IMG/VR virus record: IMGVR_UViG_3300046517_002960
Span: 96,001-160,000 of that record
Length of the DNA: 64,000 nt
Origin: a virus
Strand: one strand, 5' to 3'
Shown in pieces: positions 20,101 to 30,191 of the stretch. Position 1 is the first letter of the stretch, and every line of letters begins with the position of its first letter. The notes beneath the pieces are model-generated. The model worked only from the letters and a program-made list of their open reading frames with translations. It made no database searches and was not told the DNA's origin. The translations under genes were made by a program, and so were the position numbers.

Positions 20101-20410
20101 TGTCCGGCGCCGTGATCTTTACCGGCAGGTGAATTTCCCTGTTCGAGCTACGAAATCCGAAAGGACGTTCGCCATCAAGCAGCAAGCTCTGCACGATGTC
20201 TGTCGTGGCCTGGGGGGCGCCCAGGTCGTACGACATGCCGTAGGACAGCCCGGAGCCGCCGCCCTGCGGGGGAGCGAGCAGCTGGAAGACGACGGCCTGG
20301 CCCGCGGTGTTGACCAGCTCGGGGATCAGCGACGGGACGCCGCCGGGCTGGCCCATCAGCTCGATCATGGTCCCGATGGCCAGGGAATCGTAAAGCCCTG
20401 GGGTCGTCAC
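17162..20410 (-). CDS. distal tail protein fused to glycine-rich domains
   Basis: Dit-like N-terminus directly after the tape measure gene; two Gly-rich repeats. Confidence 0.75.
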   Translation of the reverse strand: MTTPGLYDSLAIGTMIELMGQPGGVPSLIPELVNTAGQAVVFQLLAPPQGGGSGLSYGMSYDLGAPQATTDIVQSLLLDGERPFGFRSSNREIHLPVKITAPDIPTMNAARELLMSVTDQQTWTLTWTPVASGLPLVFDCFRALPATITYGFLMNQDPITVVTLHFQALPYGRSDTDGLQQVAFASPLLGGLAAPPAPVTLDTFGTVSGTNWSSSSTQFVNGPASAHWTPPAAAWGTVCTYTRSGLGTLNITGLPVLSAWVGLSYDTAHFGPWPAMKVNLTLAWTLTDNGGHTLRFSRTYNSQRWSNSAGTPAWTRHTANIPQGAAGFNYAGITAYSVRISNFVYKGSTVLIRLHAWLDDVIANPSSLSSPASQRGTIYQVMGAAGTARTPFSAQFQLPQAGPVSTELTGTGVWWPPLGVTSVQAEATGAGGAGASRTTAGLGGGGGGGEYARENALTVAAGTPVPYSCGTAGSSGDTQHVITFTSAGAGSWLVPAGVTTVKAECWGGGAGGGPGSGGGGGGEYAAESALPVTAGTRVPFTTGSGGSGGGGLSGQGTVSQRSGASTTFGSAATTVTVVTAHGGASALLGGTTGGAGGSGSTNGTHFSGGAGGTAPRQGGGGGGGSGGTGAGGSAGGAGGATAGGAGASAVSGGGAGGAGAPASGWPGAGGGPGGGGGGGFSTAYNGGGGNGAIGQVRLTYIIAAGSPVAGGQTTFGSAGTTGTVVRASGGASAALNATAGGAGGSGSANAVHFPGGAGWSTTLLGGGGGASGGFASAGTAATSQAGAAAVTGGGKGADGAPAADQPGSTNSPPGGGGGGADMSTTAQLGGAGGGGAVFLTWTPPLAPFGTLIAHRPGPDAPENLNPCVPVYPADNPDGRQYAVPQVIAGTNSLYRGTYSAVLMNFTWDSPSSARQITLTVYQYEYAGGPVWTTQLTRSVTPATDIVNGVVIMGEITLPVKDMDPSNTSAYYAVSVSDTDQNDQFLDVLFLDTQGQTVILNISPGNAYTNFFIDEPTSDRDLGRIMGSNLDRSQAISVLDSCIVSGGPFYLTPGDNVFLAYSPTGAPNLGVSYLPRWYSDRIS

Positions 20411-20491
20411 AGGCGGTCCGGGTCCTTTCTTCTCTGGACCCGGCTCCGTGACGGCCGCGGGCGTAAGTCTGCTGTTACCTGGCGGGAAGCG

Positions 20492-23400
20492 TTATCTCAC
20501 TGAGCCGTAGTACCCCCTTGAGGAAGCGCTGCCGGCCACCCCGTTCAGTGCCTGGGAGTACGCGGCCGGCGCCGCGCCCGTCAGCGCGATCAGGCGATCA
20601 AGTCTGCTGATCACCTGCATCTCGCCGGGGGTCATCCCGCCCGGGCCGATGACCCCGCCGGGCGGCACGGGCGAGACAACCTCGTTGCGCCCGGTGCCGT
20701 TGTAGGCCAAAGTGAGACCGGGAGGCAGAATGCCACCTCTGTCATACCAGCCGTAAATCGAAGCCAGGGTGGCGTACTGGGACGTACCCTGCTTCGGCAG
20801 CGGCGGCGCGTCGAACATGCTGAACGGCCTGATCGCGGTCGGGAAGCCCGTGCCGGCGGTCTGGGCGAGCTGCCCCAGCATCTGGTACACGCCTATCATC
20901 AGCGCGGGATGGCCGTGTACCAGCGCCTGGTCCTGGGTGACCCGTGCCTCCGCCCGGGCCGCGGCGATGAGGTGGCTCAGCGCGGGTGCGGACGGCACCG
21001 TGCCGGGCCTGCCCAGCGCCGCGTAAGCGGCTTCCCCGGCCCGCTGCCGGGCAGCCAGGGTGGCCAGCTCGCCCCGGATCGCGCTGCGGTTGGAGTACCA
21101 CCAGGTGCCGTGCCGGGCGTGCGCGAGCGAGTCGGCGAAGCCCTTGACGACGTGGGCGTAGTAGGTCTTCTCGGTGCTCTCATCGCTGGCCGCGTTCGCC
21201 CAGAAATCGGACAGGGACTGGGTGCCGTGCGGGGCCGGCCAGGGCGGGAACCGGTGCCCGGCCACGACGCCTCCGGACTGCAGCCGCGGCAGCACCTCGT
21301 GCGGCGGGGCCGGGATGATGGTCTCGTCGTGCCCGGTGGCGTTAACCGCTAGTGTCATCCCGGGCTTGAGCACGCCGCCCTTGTCGTACCAGTTGAACGC
21401 TCGTTCGTGTCCCCAGGCGGCAGCAGGTGAGCCGTACCTGCCGGAGATGTACGCGAGGCCCCACCGGACCTGGTTGGCGTAATCACCCAGGGCGTACGGG
21501 TGGCCGTGTCCCAGGCTGTTACCGGTCAGGTGGATGTGGCCGTTCTGCTCAGCGGTGAAGCTGCCCAGCTCGGTCGTCACGCACCAGACTTCCTGCTCGC
21601 CCGCATCCTCGTAGAAGAACCCCGGGTGCCCGACGTGCAGGGTCGGCTTGACGAACCCGATGATCAGGTTCTCAGTGCCGTACCGCTTGTCTGCGCGCTT
21701 GTAGACGCTGGGCCGGTAGCCTTCCAGGTAAACCGCCAGCCGGATGGTCTCGGCCAGCGCGCCGTCGTTCTGCGAGATCGACCGGTGGACGGTATGGCCT
21801 TCCCGCTGGTCGACCGAGCCTTCCGCCAGGAACATGGCATCCAGCCACGCCCTGCGCTGGGCGCTGGACATCGCCAGGATCATGGCGCGGTGATCCGTAT
21901 TCGGATGCCCGGCGCGCTCGGTCAGGTCCCGTGCGTACGGGGCGCTGAGCCGCCATTCCCGGTCCAGGCGCAGCTCTCCGTGCACCGTGCGCTCGCGCGT
22001 GCGGACCACGCTCCCGTGGCCTGCCAGGGCGCGCTCTATGTCCGGCCAGTTCTCCTGCTTGGTCTGGCCGATATGGAACGTGGCAGGAGAGCCGCCGTGG
22101 CGACCGGTGCCGTACTTCGGGTAGGCCTTGCGCTCCCAGCCGTCGCCGGCGACCCAGCCGAGCAGGGCAGCCTCTTCCAGGGTGATGGGCAGGCCGTCTT
22201 CCGCGTGATGCGGCTTAGCCAGGATCAGGATGCTGTCGGTCAGGCGTCCCTGGATCTCCCGCATTGACTCCCGGGGGAGCGTCGCCCGTGCGCGCTTGTC
22301 ACGCATCAGCCAGCGGTGATTCGGCGTCGTGGTGAACTCGGCCTGCGAGTTTCCGTAGCGGACCACCCGGTGCACTCCGGGATGCAGCACGGCAGTAATC
22401 CGCGTCCACTCGCTGCGCCCGGCCGCCTGGCTGTATCCGACCGTTTCATCACCGACGCGAACCTCGTCATGCTTCAGCCAGCCGCGCCGGGTCAGGACCA
22501 TCATGTCTGTGCTATAGCACTGCGGGATGCCGTAGGCCCCTGAGCTGGGGTTTACTGCCCAGGCGTTCCAGCCGCTTTCCTGGTTCCACAGGGCTTGCAG
22601 CGGCGGCCACTGATTCGCGCCCCAGCCGTACGCCCACAGGATCGAGCGGGCGAACGCCTGCGCCGCGGCAGCGGACCCGCTGTGCGGGGCGCCTGGCGCG
22701 AACCCGACGCCGCCCGGGTTCGATGCCATGGCGGCAGCCCATTTCGGCGGGATCTCGAAACCGGAGTTGCCGGCCAGCGAGGACTCGATCGTGCCGTACT
22801 GGCGGCCCAGCGCGGATAGCATCGTGGCGCCGTTGACGACGAACCCGACGTGATGCGCCGGGTTGCCGAAGAACACCATGCCGCCGGGCACCGGGCCGGA
22901 TGCCTTGCCCCACCGCTGCAGCCCGGCCGCATCAGGCCGCCCTACATTCATGCCGAACTTGTCGTACACAAAACTCACGAATCCGCTGCAGTCCCAGCCG
23001 GTGACAGGAGATGATCCGCCCCACACGTACGGCACCTTGCCCTTGAACCTCTCGGCGTAGGCCAGCACCGACTGCCCGGCGGCCGGCCCGGCCAGCATGG
23101 CCACCGCGCGGTTCGCGCTGTTCACCCCGGCCCTGATGTAGTCCTCCATGGACTTGGCCATCGCGGACGTGAAGCTGCCGTAGATCTTGTTCACGTAATC
23201 CGGGGTCAGGCCCCAGGTGCCAGCCGGGGTGCCGGGTACCGCGCCGCCCGAGGCGAATCCCGGGACGCGCATCCCGGCCGCGCCGTGCGGGGTCACCTCG
23301 ATGCCAGCCAGGCGCGGGACCCGGTCGTACAGCCCGGGGACCGGCAGCAGCGCGGGCGGCACCGCGCCCCCGGCCGCGAACCCGGGCAGCTTGCCGCGCA

Positions 23401-26400
23401 GGTGGTCGACCGCGCCGGCTTGCACCATGCGGGTGGGCACGACGACCTCGCCGGGCATCAGCAGCGCGCCTACCGAGTCGCGGCCGGGGATGCCGCCGGA
23501 GATGAACCCGCCTTCCGCGTGCGGTGACAGGAATCCGCCGGGGCTGATCGAGTAGCTTTTCCCGTCGCTGCCCTTGATGCTGAAGTTGCCGTCGCCGCGC
23601 ATGCTAACCTGCAGGCTGGTGTGCGCGGGCAGGTTGCGCAGCGCGGTGAACAGGTTGTCCGCGTTGCGCCTGCTTACGTCGATGGCGCCGGCCATCTTCT
23701 CGAAGTCGCCCATCGTCGTGCTGGCCTTGCGGCCCGCCTCCGTCAGCTTCTCCCGGCCCAGCTCCTGCCACAGCGCCGCGGCCTTGTCCCGGCTCAGGCC
23801 CAGCCCGTTGACCGCCCAGTCCACGAACTTGGCCTTGGAGTCCCTGGCAGTGAGGTTCAGCTTCGCCAGGTCCGGGCCGAACCTGGCGGTGATCTCTTTC
23901 CACAGCACGTTCGCCCTGCCGGTGGAGACGTCCAGGCCGCTGACCGCCCAGTCCGCGAATGCCTTCCTGGCATCGACGGCTGCGCCCCTGACCTCATTCA
24001 TGGCGGGCTCGAGCTGATTCGAGACCGACTTCCACAGCTGCTCAGCCTGATCGCGGGTCAGGTGCAGGGCCTCCTGCGCGAATGCCAGGAACTGCCTGTG
24101 CGCGTCGGCGGTGCTGCCGGTCAGGTTGACCAGGCTCTGGGCCAGCTGCAGTGCCGTGTCGTGGGTCCTTCTGGAGAACAGCCCGGTTTTCAGCACGGCT
24201 TCGGCGAAGCTGGTGAAGATGGCCTGGCCGCCGTTGGCGGTGATGATGGCCTGCGCCATGGCGGCGTTCAGGTTGGTGCCCAGCGCGATCGACAGGTTCT
24301 TGACGTCCTGGGTCAGGTCGGACGCGTCGGTGGTCAGCGTGGTGGTGATCTTGTCCAGGTCGTGCATCGGGTCCTTGGTCTTGCCGACCCACTTAGACAG
24401 CTCTTTGAAGCTGTTCGCGCCCTGGTACCCTCCGCGCTGCGCCAGCCCGTACAGGATGTCCGTCATCGCCTGCGAGCTCTTGGCCGCCGGCAGCATGGAC
24501 GCGACCATGTCCTTGTTGGCCTGGGCCAGCATGTCCACGCCGTCCTGGCCCTTGCCCGCCGCGTTGGCCAGCAGGGACAGGGAGTCCATCTGGGTGTTGG
24601 CCGCGTCCGCGGTGCGCAGGAACGTGTCCCGGGCCATCAGCGAGGCGGTGTTGATCCCGGTCATCGAGATCTTGCCGCCCTGCGCGGCGTCGGCCGCCAG
24701 CTTCAGGCTCATGCCGACCTTGCCGCTGGAATCGGACAGCTTGACCCCGGCCGTGGTCAGCGACTGGTACAGCCCCTCGGTCTGGGTGGCGAAGGCATTG
24801 AATCCCTGCTCGCCGCCCTCGATCGTCTTGATGAAGGTGTCCCAGCCCTGGTTCAGCTGGCCGACCTTCTCCTGCTGCTGCAGGGCCGCGAAGGTGACCG
24901 CGTTGACCGAGGCCTCCAGCTGGCCGCCGGTCCCGGTGATGTTCTGATAGCCGTTGATCAGGTTCTGCACCTTCTGGTGCATGACCGCGAAGGTGTCGTT
25001 CGCCTTGACCCCGGCCAGGTCCATCAGCGCGAACGCCTGGGAGACGCTGTACCCGTGCCGGACCAGGGAGCCGGTCTCGGCGTACAGGGTCCGGTAGGAG
25101 CCGACCAGCTTGTTCAGCTCACCGCGCAGCCTGGCCACGTCGTCCTGGATGGCCTGTTCTTTCCCGCCACCCGGCACGAACAGGTCCTTGACAGCCCGGC
25201 CGGCCGCTTTCAGGCCGTCCAGGGTGTTCCCGGAGGTGATCCCGGTGACGGCCCTGCCCCACTCAGTGCCGAATGCCTTGGCGTCGTAGCCAAGGGACCG
25301 GAGCGTGGTGCCCAGGTTGCCCCAGTTCTTGCCCTCGGCGGCCAGCAGGGCGCCGCTATCGGTCATCCGCCCGCGGAGCTCGCCGATGGCAACGGCCAGC
25401 CCGGTGGTCGCCGCCTCCGACGCTGTCATCGCCGCAGCCTGGGCCTGTACGTCCGCGATGAGGTTCTTCGTGCCGGTGTCGGTCTGGTTCATCTGGTAGA
25501 CCAGGAGGCCGATCGCGGCAGCCCCGGCGATCGCCCAGGTCCACGGGCTGGTGATCAGCGCGGCCAGCCCGGTGACCAGATTGAGCGACCCGGCTGCCGC
25601 CTTGCCCAGCGCCCCGCCCAGCAAGCCGACGTCAGTGGCGGCCTCGGCCGCGATGCCGAACTTGGAGATCCAGCCGATCAGGGACGCGATCGGGCCGATC
25701 ATCTTGACGAACATGCCGCCGAGCACAGAACCCCAGAGCCACACGCCATGCAGCGCCAGCGCGGCTGCAATCAGCGGGCCGGGCAGCTTGGAGATCACGT
25801 CCAGCACCTGCGTGGCGGCGACGAAGAACTGCAGGAAGTAGTGCGCGATCCCCGGGTCCTTGGTCAGCAGGTTGTGGATCGCCTCGGTGACGTGGCCGAC
25901 GATCTGGCCGAACTGGGCTAGGTACCCGGTCCCGCTCCTGATCATCCCGGCGAAGCTGCCCTGCTTGCCGACCCAGATGTCGATCTCGGCAACCCACCTG
26001 TCGAACAGGTCGACAACCGGCTCGAGGATTTTCTGCAGGTTCGCGGACTGGCTGTTGATGACGCCCAGGGCGCCGCCGAAGATCTCGATGCTCCGCGGCG
26101 CCATCGCTTCCATCAGGGCATCGAACTTGCCGGTCAGCGGCGGGATGTCGGCGCCCATCGCCGCAGACACGGTCCGCACGGCCTGGATCCGCACCCCGAC
26201 GTCATGCATCGACTCGGACAGCGCCGCGACCCCGGCTGCCCCGGCGATGACCGCGCCGGTCACCGCGATGATCGACTCGATGACGGCGTCCAGCGCGACG
26301 TGCCACACCTTGATCCCGCCGATGGCGCCGCCCAGGCCCCAGAATCCGCCGCCCTTGAACGCCCAGCCCTGCAGTTTCGCCCAGGCGCCCTCGGTCGCAG

Positions 26401-27626
26401 CGATCGCCGGGGTCAGGCTGTGCAGCCCGGCGGTCATCGCGGCGACCGCAGCCGCGGCGGCTGCCAGCTTCACCGGGTCCCCGCTGATGGACAGGTCGGC
26501 CAGGGTGGCTTTCAGCTTCTCGCCCCGGAGCTCCAGCGCCGCCAGCTTCGCCTCCGCGGCCGGCTCGCCTGCCAGCTCGATCTTCGCCTTAGCCAGCGCC
26601 GCGTCCAGCTTCTCGGCCCGGATCCGCAGCTCGCCCAGCGCCCTGCCCGGCGGCCCGATCGCGGTCCCGGCCAGCGAGGTGTTCAGCTTGGTCACCTCGT
26701 TGTCGATCCCGGCGATGCCGGCGGCCAGCGAGGTGACCTCCGCCATGGACAGGCCGCCCAGCCGGACCCGCTCGGCTTCAGCCCGCAGCATTCCGACTTC
26801 CGAGGTCACCGCGGCGATCTCGGCCTGGACCTCGTGAATCTGGGCCTCGTTCATCAGCCGGATGCCAGCGCCTTCCGCGCGCAGCCGCATCAGGCGGTCC
26901 TCGGCCGCGGACAGCTGGGAGAACAGCCCGGTGGTGGTGGCGGCCAGCTCGATCCGCCGCGCGTCGGATTTCAGCACGTTGATCCGGCCGACGATCACGT
27001 CCAGCTTCTTCTTCAGCTCCGTGTCCTCGATGTCGCCGGGGATCTTCTCCAGCGCCCGGCGGATCTGCTCGGCCTGGCCCTGCAGGTGCTTCAGCTCGTA
27101 CGCGGCTTCCGCGTCGTTCAGGGTCAGCTGCAGCCCGGACAGCTTGCGCTGCAGCCCGGCGGTGGCGGTGACCTCCCGGGCGATCGCCGCGTCGATCTTG
27201 CCGGTGTCCGCGCCCATCTGCAGGTTGCGCAGCTTGGTCTCCAGCCCGGACAGCTTCGCGGCTCCCTTCGCGATCGCCGCGTCCATCTTGGCCGGGTCGG
27301 CGGCCAGCTCCATGGACCGCATCTGCTTGTCCAGCAGCGCGACCTTATTCAGCAGCTTGGTCACCGCGGCGCTCATCGCCGTGTCGTCCGCGCTGAACCT
27401 GATGTTCGCGACCTTGGCGGCGGCGGCGGCCAGCTCGGCCCGCACCTTGGTCATCGCGGCGGTGACCGGCGAGGTGTCCGCGCCGATCTTGACGTCCTGC
27501 TTGGGTACGGCGGTGACGGCGGCCTTGACCTTCGCGGTCAGCTCCTGGAGGAACGAGTCAGTGTCCGGCGAGACTCGTTAAAATGACAATGAATGCCTCG
27601 CCTAGAACGCGGCCACCCGTTGCCAT
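20492..27626 (-). CDS. tape measure protein (about 2374 aa with 10-nt bypass) with NlpC/P60, intein-split lytic transglycosylase
   Basis: ATG 27626 after CAGGAGGGGGG; MATGGRVLGEAFIVI then SPDTDSF in another frame; GGFISG..RDSV..LLMPGE, PYVWGG..WDCSG, QESGWN..GAYGIPQ motifs. Confidence 0.9.
21518..22519 (-). mobile_element. intein (334 aa) with LAGLIDADG-type homing endonuclease
   Basis: IPQ|CYSTDMMVLTRRGW, TTTPNHRW block B, LLGWVAGDG and MFLAEG, VWCVTT block F, LTGN|S; removal restores GIPQSLGHG. Confidence 0.93.
27572..27581 (-). other. candidate translational bypass gap (UUAACGAGUC)
   Basis: Take-off AUU, A-site UUA, landing GUC; 8-bp hairpin AACGAGUC/GACUCGUU over the landing site. Confidence 0.7.
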
Positions 27627-27685
27627 ATCAGACCACCCCCCTCCTGATAAGAGGGGCAGCCTGACACGGAAGCGCTGGCGCCACG

Positions 27686-28084
27686 TCAGATCATGCCTTC
27701 CAGGGCGTCCAGCGCCGTGGTCATGAAGGGGTACCGGTCCCGCATCTGCACGGCGCCGTGCGGCCGGTGCTCCAGGAACACGGCCGGGAACGCCGCGACG
27801 TTGACGCCGCCGTACATCCCGCCGAGCGAGCCCGCGACGGGGCCGTGCACGTGGATCGAGCGGCGGGTGAACCCGGGCGGCAGGGCGTACCGCGCGGTGC
27901 TGGTCGCCGGGTTCCAGATGGTCGACCGCCGGGTGCCGGGGAAGACGTGCACGGTGCTGCGGGCGATGTCCGCCGCCTTCTCGTCCAGCTCGGCGATCAG
28001 CCGTCCGACCGGCCCGGCCGGGTCGCTCAGCATCGCTTCCACGTCGCCGGGGCTGATGCGGAGGCTCCCCAGGTTGCGGGGCAT
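27686..28084 (-). CDS. HK97-gp10-like neck/tail completion protein
   Basis: IARSTVHVFPG, RRSIHV, AVFLEH, RYPFMTTALDAL resemble gp10-like proteins. Confidence 0.55.
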   Translation of the reverse strand: MPRNLGSLRISPGDVEAMLSDPAGPVGRLIAELDEKAADIARSTVHVFPGTRRSTIWNPATSTARYALPPGFTRRSIHVHGPVAGSLGGMYGGVNVAAFPAVFLEHRPHGAVQMRDRYPFMTTALDALEGMI

Positions 28085-28099
28085 CTCAGCGTTCCCTGC

Positions 28100-28445
28100 T
28101 CATCGTTCCGGCCACCGGAAATCACCGTCCTCGTACAGGGTCTTGTCGTCCGGGGCCACCGGGGCTTCCGGGTCCTCGAACGCGATGCCGGCCGCCTCCT
28201 GGTGGGCGCGCAGCGCGATGACGGCGGCCTCCTCCGGGTTCTCGGCCATCCCCAGGCTGATATCCAGCTGCTCCAGCTCCTCGTCGCTCTCGCACCGGTC
28301 GGCCAGCATGGAGTACGCGACGTTGCAGGCCTGCCGCGGGGTCAGCGCCTCGAGCCCGCGCGCCGACGAGCGGAGGAGCGTGCCGTCGACCCGGCCCGCG
28401 AACCTGGCTGTCCAGGCGAGGAGCGCGACGGCTGCTCGGTAGGGC
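28100..28445 (-). CDS. tail assembly chaperone post-frameshift extension (-1 frame)
   Basis: Start-less frame ..AVALLAWTARFAG..FRWPER* entered by -1 shift near GGC CGC CCT ACC. Confidence 0.6.
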
Positions 28446-28899
28446 GGCCGGCCACCATCTCGATGACCTTGGTCACCACGTCCATCAGGTCGTCTGCGCC
28501 GGCCTTGGACTCGCAGGCGTGGTCCTCGAACGCGCGCCAGTCGCCCGCGTCGAACTCCGGGCACGCCTGGGCCGACCCGGCCTTGCAGTCCTCGCACTCC
28601 CCGCAGCCGGGGCTGCCCGGGTGGATGCAGTCCTTGAGCATGGAGTACAGCGCGCCGAGCGCCCGCGGGTCCTGCACGTTCACGTCGGCGAACGCGGAGA
28701 ACTTGAGCAACGGCATCAGGCCGATCTTCTCGGCGATGCGGAACCGCCGGCCGGCGAGCTCCACGGTCCGCTCGCTGGTGACGATCTTGTCCGCGACGAC
28801 GATCTCGGTGGGCGGTGGCGGCTCCACGCCCGCCACGGCGCCCTGGATCCCGGCGAGCTCGGCGTCGAAGTCGATGTCCAGCCCTGCTTCCTCGGACAC
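28342..28899 (-). CDS. tail assembly chaperone (pre-frameshift)
   Basis: Between major tail and tape measure genes; ends GRPT..PSRSSPG. Confidence 0.75.
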   Translation of the reverse strand: MSEEAGLDIDFDAELAGIQGAVAGVEPPPPTEIVVADKIVTSERTVELAGRRFRIAEKIGLMPLLKFSAFADVNVQDPRALGALYSMLKDCIHPGSPGCGECEDCKAGSAQACPEFDAGDWRAFEDHACESKAGADDLMDVVTKVIEMVAGRPTEQPSRSSPGQPGSRAGSTARSSARRRAGSRR

Positions 28900-28981
28900 G
28901 GGCTGCTCCTCTCATGACGAAGGGCGCAGCTCCCCCGCGCTGCCGCGGGGGCCGTGCGTGAATGTCCGGCCGGCCGGAGAA

Positions 28982-30007
28982 TCAGGTGCCGGGCAGGCCG
29001 TAGACCGGGTAGCGCGCGATGCGGCTGGCCGCGTTCCATGTCGACTTGAGTGACACGGCTGCCGTGACACCGCCAGTGACACTGTAGTCAGGCAGAATGG
29101 TGCCGAAGAAGTACTGCGGCAGCTGTGACGGAAGCGACGACGGGTAAAGATAGAAGTTGCGCGGCAGGCCGTCAGTGGCTGATACGTACGTTTGCGTTGT
29201 AGCGGTGTCGTAGAAGCCGCTGAAGTCTCCTGAGGCGTCCGGGAGTCCTGCGACCCAGATGAGGTTCTGGTCCGATCTGTTACCTCTCGCCCCTGCGAGC
29301 GAGCGGGCCAGTCATTTCTGCTGGCCTCTGCATATCTCTATGCAGGCCGGACTGTATCTTCACCCGCGTGGGGTGCCGCGTACACAGTCTCTGAACCTTC
29401 TCGTCGGCTTGCGCCAGGCGAGCTCGGCTGCTGATTACCCCTGCTGGCTGCTTTTCGGACCGTCGCGCTCGCGCTTTCGCGCCACGCTGTGGTGCAGCCA
29501 GGTGACCCGGGCGTCCCAGCAATTCTCGCAGTTTTCACAGTAGAATCACTTCTACCGGGGGCAAACACCCATAGCAGTTACATCAACTTTCGCAACTGTA
29601 AAATTGATGCTCCAGGCGCTCAAAAACGCCATGGGACTCGCTGTTGGATTGGCGCCACCTGGGCCATCTACAGCCACATAGGCGATGCCGTTTCGCGTTC
29701 TGTTACCTCTCGCCTAAGCGAGCGGGCAGGTCGTTTCCGCCTGCCTCTGCATATCTCTATGCAGACCGGACCATATCTTCACCCGCATGGGGTGCCACGT
29801 ACATGGTCTCTGAACCTTCTCGTCGGGGCTGACCCAGGCGAGCTCGGCTGCTGATTGCCCCTGCCGGCCACTTCTCAGAACCGTCGCGCCCGGGCTTTCG
29901 CCCCACGCTGTGGTGTGACCGGGTGATGCGGGTGTTCCAGCAATTCTCGCGGTTTGCACTGAAAGATCGCTCTCTCAGGCGGCCAGCCGACCGTGAATAC
30001 GACTCAT
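28982..30007 (-). CDS. major tail protein (145 aa), exons 29990-30007, 29567-29695, 28982-29272
   Basis: Splicing gives MSRIHG+RNGIAYVAVDG...VDVTAMG+DQNLIWVAGLPDASGDFSGFYD...PGT*; GAAAGG RBS. Confidence 0.92.
29273..29566 (-). mobile_element. group I intron 2 (294 nt, no ORF)
   Basis: Same core motifs; P1 GGGU/GCCC; compensatory P7 change versus intron 1. Confidence 0.92.
29696..29989 (-). mobile_element. group I intron 1 (294 nt, no ORF)
   Basis: Exon ends U, intron ends G; P GAAUUGCUGG, Q AAUCAGCAG, R GUUCAGAGAC, S GAAGAUAUGGUCC; P1 CGGU/GCCG. Confidence 0.92.
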
Positions 30008-30191
30008 GTATCCACACCTTTCCCTGCCTGCGCAGAGATGCCGAGGCCAGCCAAGCTGGTAACAGCCGTTAGACCGGGCACCGGACTCCGCGGAACGTGA
30101 GTAACGGAGCCGGCTCCGCCATCCGTGCAGACCCTGGACCGGGGGCAGCTACGGGGCCACGGCAGCTATCAGGAGTAACGATAACGCAGTC

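Noticed and set aside
23621-27586. Long plus-strand ORFs opposite the tape measure and other structural genes
   Set aside because: Antisense shadows of GC-rich coding sequence; no RBS, no motifs.
29259-30017. ORF-track ORFs over the duplicated 294-nt segments
   Set aside because: They are incidental frames across intron cores; the spliced tail gene explains the region.
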